Shown here: positions 48,801-56,700 of the stretch, one piece after another | Layout: every line of letters begins with the position of its first letter | Position numbering within the stretch: the first letter of the stretch is position 1 | Source: Bermanella sp. | GTDB lineage: Bacteria; Pseudomonadota; Gammaproteobacteria; Pseudomonadales; Oceanobacteraceae | NCBI GenBank assembly: GCA_002683575.1 | Contig: NYTP01000134.1 | Span: forward strand, 1 to 62,301 | DNA length: 62,301 bases | Reading direction: 5' to 3' | Notes under the pieces: model-generated | Seen by the model: the letters and a program-made list of their open reading frames with translations, nothing else | Told to the model about the DNA's origin: nothing | Databases searched by the model: none | Made by a program: the position numbers and the translations under genes

Positions 48801-49244
48801 TTCTTCTACGGGTTCTATGACAACGTACACAAGTCGTTGGCTAAAGGGTTTAAGGACAGAAGTTCAAGTGTCGATCCTTGGAAAGCAGTAGCTGTTACAG
48901 CGGCGGTTGCCCTCCCATTGGCACTAATTGCGGAGCTTATACGCGAGCAGATTAGATACCCGTTTGGCCGCCCTAAGTGGCAGGGTGAGCGTGACTTGGT
49001 GGATTGGGGCGGCAGTGTTCTCGCGGCTACTGGTCTACTCGGACCCGCAACGATGGCCGAATCTATCTACGCTGGTACAACCTATGGTAATCACCCTGTC
49101 GTGGCTGCTATGGGACCGACCGCTCAGTTTGCTGTTGATGTGGCGACACTTGAAATGCAGCCGAGCCGTGTTGTGCCGCTGGCTAACCAGATACCTTGGA
49201 TGGCTAAGCCTATCAACGAGTCGGTCAAGAATTTAATTAAATAA
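42861..49244 (+). CDS. Giant internal virion/ejection protein (~2127 aa) with N-terminal SNase-like domain
   Basis: Size, Gly/Ala-rich membrane-like segment (AAEGITETAQ) and synteny; N-terminal DGDS/RFEGFNTVE/GRYKR/MVESGAA. Confidence 0.75.
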   Translation: MSDFIDELIRRGERRGDFAKNKPEDAIDDVELRDGDSGGIGEPKDARFEGFNTVEKPHDWRNDDHPNASDAQAVTQGVLDEGGYVVKGNERGRYKRPLSRMYDKNGNDIASRMVESGAAAPDRSVDATQAEMLGIARRALGYAPSSDEKMNAVGQKIRESNDEFRPWENAVLESKVYDRRSTFERAFDRGTDETKAALGGALNYIGEMVGNEEWAAEGREIARRHGVDAALNKRKFESVDKVEGFSDALDYVVETLGEAAPGLIVDALATAGTVAVGAVSGGAGAAAGVGLMGAMRATAGRALMKGAKAGLYAGPALSGFVQSAGAMENRLDSTGEGEHTEAATLSGAAGAALNALPFVAVLGKSLKATGLSDEAAKPVMDALSKPSVTKRLKDVLGTTAIGAAAEGITETAQVITDEIIATEVGDDEWRLETRDAVEAGIRAVIGGGAMGGIASTAGNAVGFMREYNQARQGADAEGEQINADGWRADTVEEVEDDGVPFSSDDSLEQSVERAAKKRPKSKPNAKVETDDTGVVGQGQFDSLTTRDVPNLSSDRYDELREILEPKGKPLNESQVGALIDNGTLTNEELARYAADSHYGASTPLSGGYDKARGDEALARVFKQVVRLSRDGKLKLTEQERNRLTEAEEESTDTALRAALGSINPEFNNIVYRNANQFDGRAMFRDYSKIKRDRIKNRERIKKEAQVEKSIENAPTVKIPEGEAPKEKPKGVVKSAPDWIKEGRKPSKEEIDEAMAMLDNAKDKLKVRIRNVIQGKGKNTQAARDIFAVEVAKNAKQLAEVGQHYDFESSGSLEADKLTLLNKIVDSSIEGTKPDKPKAKEKAQKPTTTEGKVEYLKQELGTRTASDGDMGKLLESHDQYRKFVKDGDAVDPSKLSDTARNTLKQRAKFADNKDIVKQIDELQARVDKFEFIQSFRKAVDSMYEETAATKSQREMGERTDQQVAYSERDENGDERNVGDVQSVVDTGDNDLEVAANYTRRTQMAERVYKELKKIKGMNNAALVKFMRETVKPTEREAALGDRLPKRTRKRKAIDNQKTTKDNQFDQFDTNKPLFTYGDQEKRPDTRHLSKGTVNRLKEHLENDDLEAFGKLLEKTGIMPKEATIGEVKMTPSERLASAARNSFANNKLYRSARARSGEKRSDRGLMVRDNESGKPLNVDLDAVTRWALREDKIDLNDGDINLNEELATAVLSGISALADLRLDDGRPMFSFNLDTIRDSAVVYRVDGDKLASVTMGSIRNGLNYKGKKRSTKVDVVQPKHVDRDKRSLLRRIGIKLSDKPDFNTIIAVAENAVAVGDLLPKELVSLTSSIEHNLRSSRTLSDLMPEDIGNVYRDEVSYDDIASLVSKAVNEGKITEERGDEILLDAKNRVFDKDFEQAAKEGGELTIDTARVDDEIANRDEVSTANNTRGVLRKTKRKDKSGGGAQTAIRRSLEQSVESAKADYQLAVRRPDRVSADGVDVKAKLVAEAKRKLEVAELALKSYKDTEVGEGTDLSKGRKIQLNRKLKKVVKRNRGLARKSMFRFFEMTRTRLARIHPDAAARADRFTALQRNATEYFASRIGKEVGDNKAIQKGYEDSINKVKSPEREKYEAFIAQLNAYVRKHDKNFKPVASKVHLDLHAVERNRGGFLSILREAGVKNPEATLDSILDGRGYPEYAIRPELSNQPRSGRRVLEPLYEKLKEGGYVDTDAPRHLLRLVNSSTSWAAWNETHGGVKNGKWDSNAEFNRIQSEVHTGNRQEFAKLYQGVTGRLGMNMSPILRNLNSAALAFQSATVLWFTGLASVPEVAATYSRMRGDTKGMLDDAKSVLTGVGREKMFKVARDFDIITDDAIEHSLQEMYNMNDLTMGRISQGIQAFVFKYNGQNYVTKMTRAIATKAAERYLVRAVEDGADGEKRLKELGVTAADVKAFASDADLTSPAGKRYRDAVHQFVNEAVTNPRSTQLPLVANDPRFLLVTTLKKFFYGFYDNVHKSLAKGFKDRSSSVDPWKAVAVTAAVALPLALIAELIREQIRYPFGRPKWQGERDLVDWGGSVLAATGLLGPATMAESIYAGTTYGNHPVVAAMGPTAQFAVDVATLEMQPSRVVPLANQIPWMAKPINESVKNLIK

Positions 49245-49300
49245 AACAGTAATGCTGTTATAATGCCCCATAAGTAACACTAATATTTATGGGGCTTTTT
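49245..49300 (+). promoter_or_regulatory. Endolysin control region: two operators, extended -10 and SD-sequestering hairpin
   Basis: AACAGTAATGCTGTT 49245..49259; TGtTATAAT 49256..49264; GCCCCATAA...TTATGGGGCTTTTT. Confidence 0.62.
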
Positions 49301-49301
49301 C

Positions 49302-49676
49302 ATGGCAGAACCAAGAACAAAAAACTTCAAGCCTTCGGAGCTACGCTGTAAATGTGACTTCTGCAAAGGTGAAGTGGAGAACGAATGTGATCCATATGCG
49401 CTGCGGATGCTTCAAAAAATTCGTGATGAGGTTGGTCCTCTTGCGTTAACGAGCGCCTACCGCTGTGCTAGACACCCCGAAGAGGCGGAAAAAGAACAAC
49501 CAGGTCAACACTTCAAAGGTGTCGCTTTTGATATTTATGTGCCGTGGGGCGTAAAACGAATGCAGATTGTTGAGCTTGCGTTAAAGCTGGGCGCAAAGGG
49601 CTTCGGCTTTGCTAACTCGTTCCTGCATATCGACTGGCGTGTGTCGAGTGAACCTGTTAGTTGGACGTATCATTAA
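49302..49676 (+). CDS. Endolysin, peptidase M15A family
   Basis: NFKPSELRCKC, SAYRCARH, QHFKGVAFD, FLHIDWR. Confidence 0.88.
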   Translation: MAEPRTKNFKPSELRCKCDFCKGEVENECDPYALRMLQKIRDEVGPLALTSAYRCARHPEEAEKEQPGQHFKGVAFDIYVPWGVKRMQIVELALKLGAKGFGFANSFLHIDWRVSSEPVSWTYH

Positions 49677-51466
49677 TGAAAATTCTGTTTAATGCTTTCC
49701 TAGGCACTGCGCCTAAGTTCGACGATGAGCAATTGCCAGATGGCTACGCTACGTTGTCGAACAACACTAAGTCAGAGCGGGGAATCTTAGAACCGTGGGC
49801 ACTCCCTACGTCATTGGGCAGCTTTGGTCGTAGTGATACTAAGTCTATGCACAAGTACCGTGACCAATGGTTTACATGGCCTGAGATTACGTACGCTGTT
49901 AATGCGCCACTCAAGAATGACGCTTACGACTACGCACTGTTTGCTTCGGCCAATAGTGAACCACGGGTCGTGTATAACCTAAATGCAGAGGAGGGCAGTG
50001 GTCCTTATCCTGCGGTTACGTACCCTTTGAATGTACCAGTTCCTGACAAAATCGACTCTGTTATCACTGGTGATGCTGAGCATTGGTACTACGAACCCCA
50101 AGAGGAGGGCGTAGACTCAACGGGTGACACTGATGGCGACGGCATCGTCGGCTTGAAGCCTTACCAAGACCCAGAGGACAGTGAGTATGACTACTCAGAA
50201 GTTGCATACTCTTACTGCTATGTTGACGCTTGGGGGCGTTTGAGCGCGTTGGCAGACCCTACGGATATAGTAAAAATCCGAGAATGGGAGTACGTAAATA
50301 CAACGGCGGTTACGCTCACTTTCCCTACGCCGCCAGATAGTCTTTTGCTTACTGACCCATTGCGCGGAACAAACGCAAAAATTCGCATATTCAGAACGAA
50401 CCTAGCGAGTTCAGGTACGGCTGTCTACCAGTTCGTTGCTGAAATTCCAGCGACACAGAACACTTATACAGACACAACGTACAGCGGTGACTTATTGGAC
50501 TCGCCTATCAACGAAGATTGGGTGGGCGCGCCAGACTTGAACACGGAGCTTTACCCGAATGGACCAATGCAAAAGGTCGTTGTTATGGGTTCAGATATTC
50601 TTGTGGGGCACAATAAACGTATCTTGTGCTTCGCTGAGCCAGACGCTTTCTACGCGTGGCCTGTCAGGTATTACAAGGTATTCCAAGAGGACATTGTGAC
50701 AATCGAGACTTCGGGTTCAAACCTTGTTGTGCTAACGACGGGTGTGCCTTATGTGGTGCAGGGTGTACACCCTGAGTCGATGGACGCGGCACGTCTTGCA
50801 GACCCCGTTCCTTGCTCAAGCCCACAAGGTTCGACTGAGGTCGCGGGCGCTGTCTACTTTACTAGTGAAACGGGGCTGCACCGTATTGAGGGCTACGCGA
50901 TTGCTAACGTGAGTACAGGTTTTATAGACAATGACTCGTGGCGCAAGCTTGACCCAAGCACAATGATACTTGGTAACTACGACAACAAGGTTTTTGTTCG
51001 CTGCCCGACGGTTGATAAAGCGCTCGTGTTTGACGCGTTAGACCCAAATGCGGGTATTAGAACGGTAGACCTAAGAGCTGAGTCCTTCGTTGAGCTAGAG
51101 GAGACAAATGACCTAGCCTACGTTGATAGTGATACCCGTGAGTTGATGCTTTTTGATTCGTCAGAAGATGGGTTCATGGAATTAGGCTGGGAGTCAAAAA
51201 CATACCTGTTCAATGACCCTGTTTGCTTCAATATCGCGAAGGTACGAGCCAACACGTATCCCGTGAAAGTGCGTGTAGAGTATGACCATGCCACAACGGG
51301 TGATACCGTGGTCTATACGAAGCTTGTTGAAAGCCCATCGTTTTTCTATCTGCCGTTTAACAGTCGTGCCTTTAGATGGCGAACGGCTGTCGAACCAATA
51401 AGCCAAGCGGCTAAGTTAGAGGTTCGTGACATTCAGCTTGCGCAATCACCGGAGGAGCTTGTATGA
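49676..51466 (+). CDS. Tail nozzle/stabilisation-type protein
   Basis: Beta-rich; FAEPDAFYAWP, VVLTTGVPY, PCSS; TAATG coupling to the endolysin gene. Confidence 0.65.
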   Translation: MKILFNAFLGTAPKFDDEQLPDGYATLSNNTKSERGILEPWALPTSLGSFGRSDTKSMHKYRDQWFTWPEITYAVNAPLKNDAYDYALFASANSEPRVVYNLNAEEGSGPYPAVTYPLNVPVPDKIDSVITGDAEHWYYEPQEEGVDSTGDTDGDGIVGLKPYQDPEDSEYDYSEVAYSYCYVDAWGRLSALADPTDIVKIREWEYVNTTAVTLTFPTPPDSLLLTDPLRGTNAKIRIFRTNLASSGTAVYQFVAEIPATQNTYTDTTYSGDLLDSPINEDWVGAPDLNTELYPNGPMQKVVVMGSDILVGHNKRILCFAEPDAFYAWPVRYYKVFQEDIVTIETSGSNLVVLTTGVPYVVQGVHPESMDAARLADPVPCSSPQGSTEVAGAVYFTSETGLHRIEGYAIANVSTGFIDNDSWRKLDPSTMILGNYDNKVFVRCPTVDKALVFDALDPNAGIRTVDLRAESFVELEETNDLAYVDSDTRELMLFDSSEDGFMELGWESKTYLFNDPVCFNIAKVRANTYPVKVRVEYDHATTGDTVVYTKLVESPSFFYLPFNSRAFRWRTAVEPISQAAKLEVRDIQLAQSPEELV

Positions 51467-53394
51467 GTCGAGCTTTACCGCCTGTTCCTAAAGACGTATC
51501 TCGCTCTGTTTCGCAGTTCCTTAACTCGTTACGTGAAACTGTCCAAATACAGGCGGGTATGGGGCGTGGTAACACGCTAGATCGAGCTGTAACGTTCAGA
51601 GATTTAAAGAAAGCGATAGGTACTGATGATTTATCGTCTGTCGCTACAAAATCCGCTACAGGTGTTGTTACGGCGTTTAATGACCCTATGCCGACGAAGC
51701 CAACTAACTTTGCGGCATTCGGTATGTTCAACATGGTAGGTCTTGAGTGGGATAGGCCAAAGGCCGATTGGTACGCGGCCACAGAGATTTATCGCGTTGA
51801 TGTGACTGATGACCTAACGGCTACGCCAGTGTTCAGCGAGGCTGAATACGTTGGTACGTCGGCAACGGGTTTCTTCTCTGACTTGGTTGAGCCAGCTAGA
51901 ACTTTTGTTTATTGGGCTAGGCACTTAAACCGTGATTACCAAGCGGGTGATATAAGCTCGCCAGAGGGTACACGCGCTAGTACGTCTGAAAGCCCAGAGC
52001 AAGTGCTGGTTAAGTTCAGCGAGGAAGTCGCGGGCAGCAACAACTTTAAGTGGCTGCGCAGTGACCTAAGCATAATGGACACCATAAACCGAACGCTCCA
52101 AGGCAGCGGTTTAGGTGACTCAGGGCTTGCTGATTTGATCAACGGAAGCGCTACGCTCAGCGATATGCTGGCCGAGCAAGCTATGAGCGAGGCATTGTCA
52201 AAGCACACGCAGACAGAGAGCATTCAGCAGCAATTCGCTAAAAACTATGCTCGCCTGTCGGGGGGCATACATGCGGCGGTCAACGCGGACGAAGCTTATG
52301 TGCTGCGTATCCAAGAGCTTGAATCCAAGTGGGAGAATGACCTTGGTAACATAGTTGACGCTAAAATAACCGAGTTCGATACGGTGCTTAGTAGTGCGGA
52401 AGGGGCTATCGCACAGGCTATTAGAAACTTCACTGTTGATTACGACGGCACAAACGTAAGCCTTCAGCAATTGGCTAGCACTACCGCATCACAAGGCGGA
52501 GTCTATGAAGCGCAATGGGGTGTAAAAACAAGTGTCGCTGGCCTCCAAGGTGGCGTGGGTTTCCTAAACGACGGCACTCAAACGAGCTTTGTTGTCGACG
52601 CGCAGACCTTCGCGGTAACGGGGGGCAATGAAAATGTGTTCCCGTTCATCATCAAAGACGGCAAAACGGTTATAGACAAAGCGTTTATCCAAGATGCAGA
52701 GATATACAACTTGCTGGCCGCTAACATCGTAGCGGAGCGCGTTAAAGTGGGTCTTTCATTCTCATCACCTAGCATTACTGGTGGTTCGATTGACGGTGCT
52801 ACGTTGACAATTGGCGACAGGTTCTCAGTTAGCCAAGATGGGATCATGCGAACCCGTGACGGCTTCTTCGAGGGTAACGTAGCGGCAAAGAGTGGATACC
52901 TTGAAAATGTGCGGATTGATGAGTCCTGCACGATAGAGGGTACGTTATACGCGCAGAATATTGAGGGTGACATTGTTGACCGTACGGTGATCGTTGTTGA
53001 CCGTGAGATTGAGGTTGGTCCTAGAGAGGTTTACATCCTGATCCAAGGAACAATCAGCCCTGGTCTTTTGGGTGCGACCGAAGAACGCGTACTAGTTGTT
53101 AGCGGCATAGCGCTAGACCACCAAGGCGGTGGTGGCTCTACGAGTAACTTTGACGTTTATCTACGGCTCGATGGGTCAGTTGTTCAGAAGTTCCATTCAC
53201 ACAATGTTGAGGAGGAGGGTTCTGTAACGGTTCAACTAGGTTGCCATATTCCTAAAGGCACTGCTGAACATACGTTTGCCGTGGAGCTTAGGCCAGATGT
53301 AAACGATAACATTCTAGTGCAGCAATCAGCGATTGTTGCAGACGTATTTAAGACGGGCAGCACGTTTAAGAACGTGTCCGGCCTTCACTACTAG
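51463..53394 (+). CDS. Tail protein with DUF1983/J-like segment
   Basis: QWGVKT...GGVG...SFVVDAQTFAV...PFIIKDGKTVIDKAFIQDA. Confidence 0.75.
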   Translation: MSRALPPVPKDVSRSVSQFLNSLRETVQIQAGMGRGNTLDRAVTFRDLKKAIGTDDLSSVATKSATGVVTAFNDPMPTKPTNFAAFGMFNMVGLEWDRPKADWYAATEIYRVDVTDDLTATPVFSEAEYVGTSATGFFSDLVEPARTFVYWARHLNRDYQAGDISSPEGTRASTSESPEQVLVKFSEEVAGSNNFKWLRSDLSIMDTINRTLQGSGLGDSGLADLINGSATLSDMLAEQAMSEALSKHTQTESIQQQFAKNYARLSGGIHAAVNADEAYVLRIQELESKWENDLGNIVDAKITEFDTVLSSAEGAIAQAIRNFTVDYDGTNVSLQQLASTTASQGGVYEAQWGVKTSVAGLQGGVGFLNDGTQTSFVVDAQTFAVTGGNENVFPFIIKDGKTVIDKAFIQDAEIYNLLAANIVAERVKVGLSFSSPSITGGSIDGATLTIGDRFSVSQDGIMRTRDGFFEGNVAAKSGYLENVRIDESCTIEGTLYAQNIEGDIVDRTVIVVDREIEVGPREVYILIQGTISPGLLGATEERVLVVSGIALDHQGGGGSTSNFDVYLRLDGSVVQKFHSHNVEEEGSVTVQLGCHIPKGTAEHTFAVELRPDVNDNILVQQSAIVADVFKTGSTFKNVSGLHY

Positions 53395-53406
53395 AGGTAA
53401 AATTTT

Positions 53407-53784
53407 ATGAGTAAATGGTACAGAACGGGTGTTGTTAACCTAACTAAAGATAGCGATATTATTGAGGGCATCGGCACGTATTGGGCATCGGCAGCGAACA
53501 AGCCTGCGGAGGGCGATATGTTCGTCCTAGATACACGCGTTTACGAGGTACTTGAGGTCATTGATGATTCGACAATTCGCATCGATAAACCATACAACTT
53601 AACTACAAAAAACAATGTGTTATATGGTATTATGCGCAGCGTGTCAGCAACCACAAACACACGACTTGCAGCGCAGGTCAGTGATACATTAGAGAAGCTA
53701 GGTAATCGCGTTACTGTCTCAACCACAGCCCCAAGCGCGGGGCAGGGTAAAGACGGTGACATTTGGATTGTCGCAGCCCCCTAA
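53407..53784 (+). CDS. Tail-fibre N-terminal/anchor protein
   Basis: WYRTGVV...GIGTYW; VSTTAPS...KDGDIW. Confidence 0.7.
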   Translation: MSKWYRTGVVNLTKDSDIIEGIGTYWASAANKPAEGDMFVLDTRVYEVLEVIDDSTIRIDKPYNLTTKNNVLYGIMRSVSATTNTRLAAQVSDTLEKLGNRVTVSTTAPSAGQGKDGDIWIVAAP

Positions 53785-53796
53785 TGGAAAACCGCA

Positions 53797-56700
53797 ATGT
53801 CGGCTATAAAAATAAACGGGACTTGGCAACGAGTCTCGTCAATAAAGATAAAACAAAACGGGGTGTGGAACGACCACACCGCGTTGTATGCGAGGTTAGA
53901 CGGTGCTTGGCACCTGATAGACCTAGCTGCCGAGGCTCAAGGCCCAGCTTACCATATTTGGAAGGCATACGCTGATGATGCGTTCGGCAATGGTATTAGT
54001 CTTTCCCCAGAAGGCAAAGAATACATAGGCTTCGCTGTAGGCCAACGAGTTGAAGAACCCGACCTATCAGACCCGTCGCTTTACGATTGGTCTCTAATCA
54101 AAGGTGCAGACGGTAAAGACGTAGACCCCGAAGTCTTAGCAGAAATACTAGAGAAACAGGACGGGTACAATAGTTCGTTATATGATGTTAATGATGGCCT
54201 GTATTCAGTCGAGCAAGCTTTGGCGGACGCTGATTCTCGCTTAAAAGCTGCTGATGTGGCGCTCAGCCAAGCCCTCCAAAGCGCACAAGTAGACTTCTCA
54301 AGCTCAGTGGATTCGTTAAATGAGTCTATTAGCGAGGTCGAGAATGACCTGCTAAATCTAGTTAGCCTAAGTGGTGAGCAAGGTTCGTCTATCACGCAGC
54401 TTAAAAATACTACTGATGAACAAGCGCAAAAAATCGCTGTGCTTGAAACTAACGATGGCAGCACTCGCTCACGTGTAGCTTCGTTAGAGTCAACGTCGGA
54501 AGAACAGGCTACACGCTTGTCTAGTCTTGGCGTTTGGGATGGTGAGGCGTTCGCCACTATCAAAACGCTGGAAGAAACTGATTCAGAGAATGCTAGCTTG
54601 ATCCGAACGCTTGAAGCACGAGGCGAAGAAGCGGATTCAAAGATAGCAACGCTTGAGTATACGTCGTCAAGCCATGCTTCAAGGTTATCTATAGTAGAAA
54701 CGAGGTCTACCAGCACCCAGAACCGTACTTCGGCGCTTGAGGAGACAACGGAAACGCACGCTACTCGACTTACGAACGTTGAAACGAAAGCAGACGATAC
54801 TGAGTCTAAGGTCTCTACGTTAGAGCAAACAAGCGAAGGTCATGCAACGCGCTTAACGAACGTCGAAACCAAAGCCGCGTCAGCGGTAACTAAGGCCAAT
54901 AACTCGCAAGACTCAGCCGATACGGCTAACTCTAAGGTGATAGCGGTAACAAACCGTGTTTCATCGCTGGAAAGCACAAGTTCAAGCCATGCTTATAGGT
55001 TATCAACGGTTGAAACTAAGGCGGATAGCAATGCCAGTAAGGTAAGCACGTTAGAGAGCGCTACATCTACAAATGCGAGTCGTATTGAAACTGTTAATAC
55101 TACACAGAGTAATGCTATTGCTTCAGCACTCGATACGGCCAAAGCATACACTGATAATGAAACAGGTCAGCTAAAAGCTGAACGTGTAATCAAAGCAGAC
55201 GCCAACGGTAAAGTATCAGGTGTGCACCTGCTAGCTAATGGCAGTGGCGCAGAGGCGGGAGGCAAGCTGTACTTCCAAGCCGATGAAATTGCGATTGTAC
55301 CGCCAAACTGGAATGGTAGCTCAGAGCTGGACAAGTCTAAGTTCCCTTTCTACTTCTCGGAAGATAGAAACTATATGTACTTGGACGAAGCGACTATCCA
55401 ACGCTTGTCGGCTGAAACGATTGACAGTGGTAGCTTAGCAGTTGATGGCTTAACGCTTCTATCGGATAACCTGTCATTACCAGCGGGTTCGGTTCGCGAA
55501 CACATGCTCGACCCAGCGTTCAAAGACGGTATTGTTCGTATCAACCCCGATGCTGAAATCTTGGGTGGTACTAAGTCGGTGTCGTCAACTGGCATAGGCC
55601 AAGGCAAGAAAATTACCGTTCCTGCGTTGAAGTCCGGTGGTAGCGCGCAGAAGATGACTATTAGCGTAGTGGGGCCGAATGAAGTAAACCGCAAAGACGT
55701 GCAGTTCGACCTAGAAATGAAGATAAATGGCGCGCCGCATAATTTCAGCAGCGGGCAATCAAAAATCCGTTTAAGTTCGACGATTAAATACTCAACAGAG
55801 GACGGCGGTGTACGCCTATACCGTTCGTCGTTCAACTTCGAAGATACAGTAACCCTCCCAGCACCAACAAAGGGTAACACGTACGAGTATGAGTTCGTTA
55901 TCACCAACATGTCGTTCAGTCCTGCGAATACGAGTACGTATAACTTTGCGGATAAACTAAAGTTCTCAATCTCTGTTTCAGAGCCTACGGTGTCTAGTGG
56001 TGGTTTCATTACGGACGTTCGCTGGTCAGAGGTTAAGGAGCAGCCTAGTTTTGTAGGGCTAGACATGCAGGGACACCCGACAGTCCCGCGGTTTACCTTA
56101 ACAAACAACCCTGGTACTGACCCAAAATGGCTCCGTGCGATTGCTGAGGTTGGGGGTTTCCTTCCTTACAAAAATGGCACTAGTAGCTTAGGGACAAGTT
56201 CATGGAGGTTCAAAGAGGTTCACGGTGTAACTCTTTACGAGAATGGCACTGCGCTATCGTCAAAGTATCTAGGTAAAACCGCTACAGCAACGAATGCAAG
56301 TAAACTAGGTGGCCGTGGTTACTCTGAAGGAACAGGCGCAAACTCTATCGCCAGCCGTAACTCAAATGGTGATATTTATGCACGATTGTTTAGGTCTACC
56401 TACAGTAACCAGTCAGATATTAGCGGTGCCATAGCGTTTAGAAGAAGCACAAGCGACAATTATATCCGTTTCTGTTCTGATATGGGCGCTGTGCGTAACT
56501 TCGTTGGTGTTTACTCCAAGAATGAAGTCTACACAAGGACTGAGAGTAATAGCCGTTTTATGCCGAGCTCAGGCGATGCTTTTACTTCAGGTAATGTGGT
56601 GGGGAGCCTGAACGGTAAGACCTCACTAGCCACTAATGATGGTTACGGTAATTCGAACGTAACTTTCAATCATACTAGAGGTGTTCCTGTACAGAATGGT

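Noticed and set aside
42861-49244. N4-type virion RNA polymerase
   Set aside because: No single-subunit or DFDGD-type polymerase motifs recognised, and much shorter than N4 vRNAP
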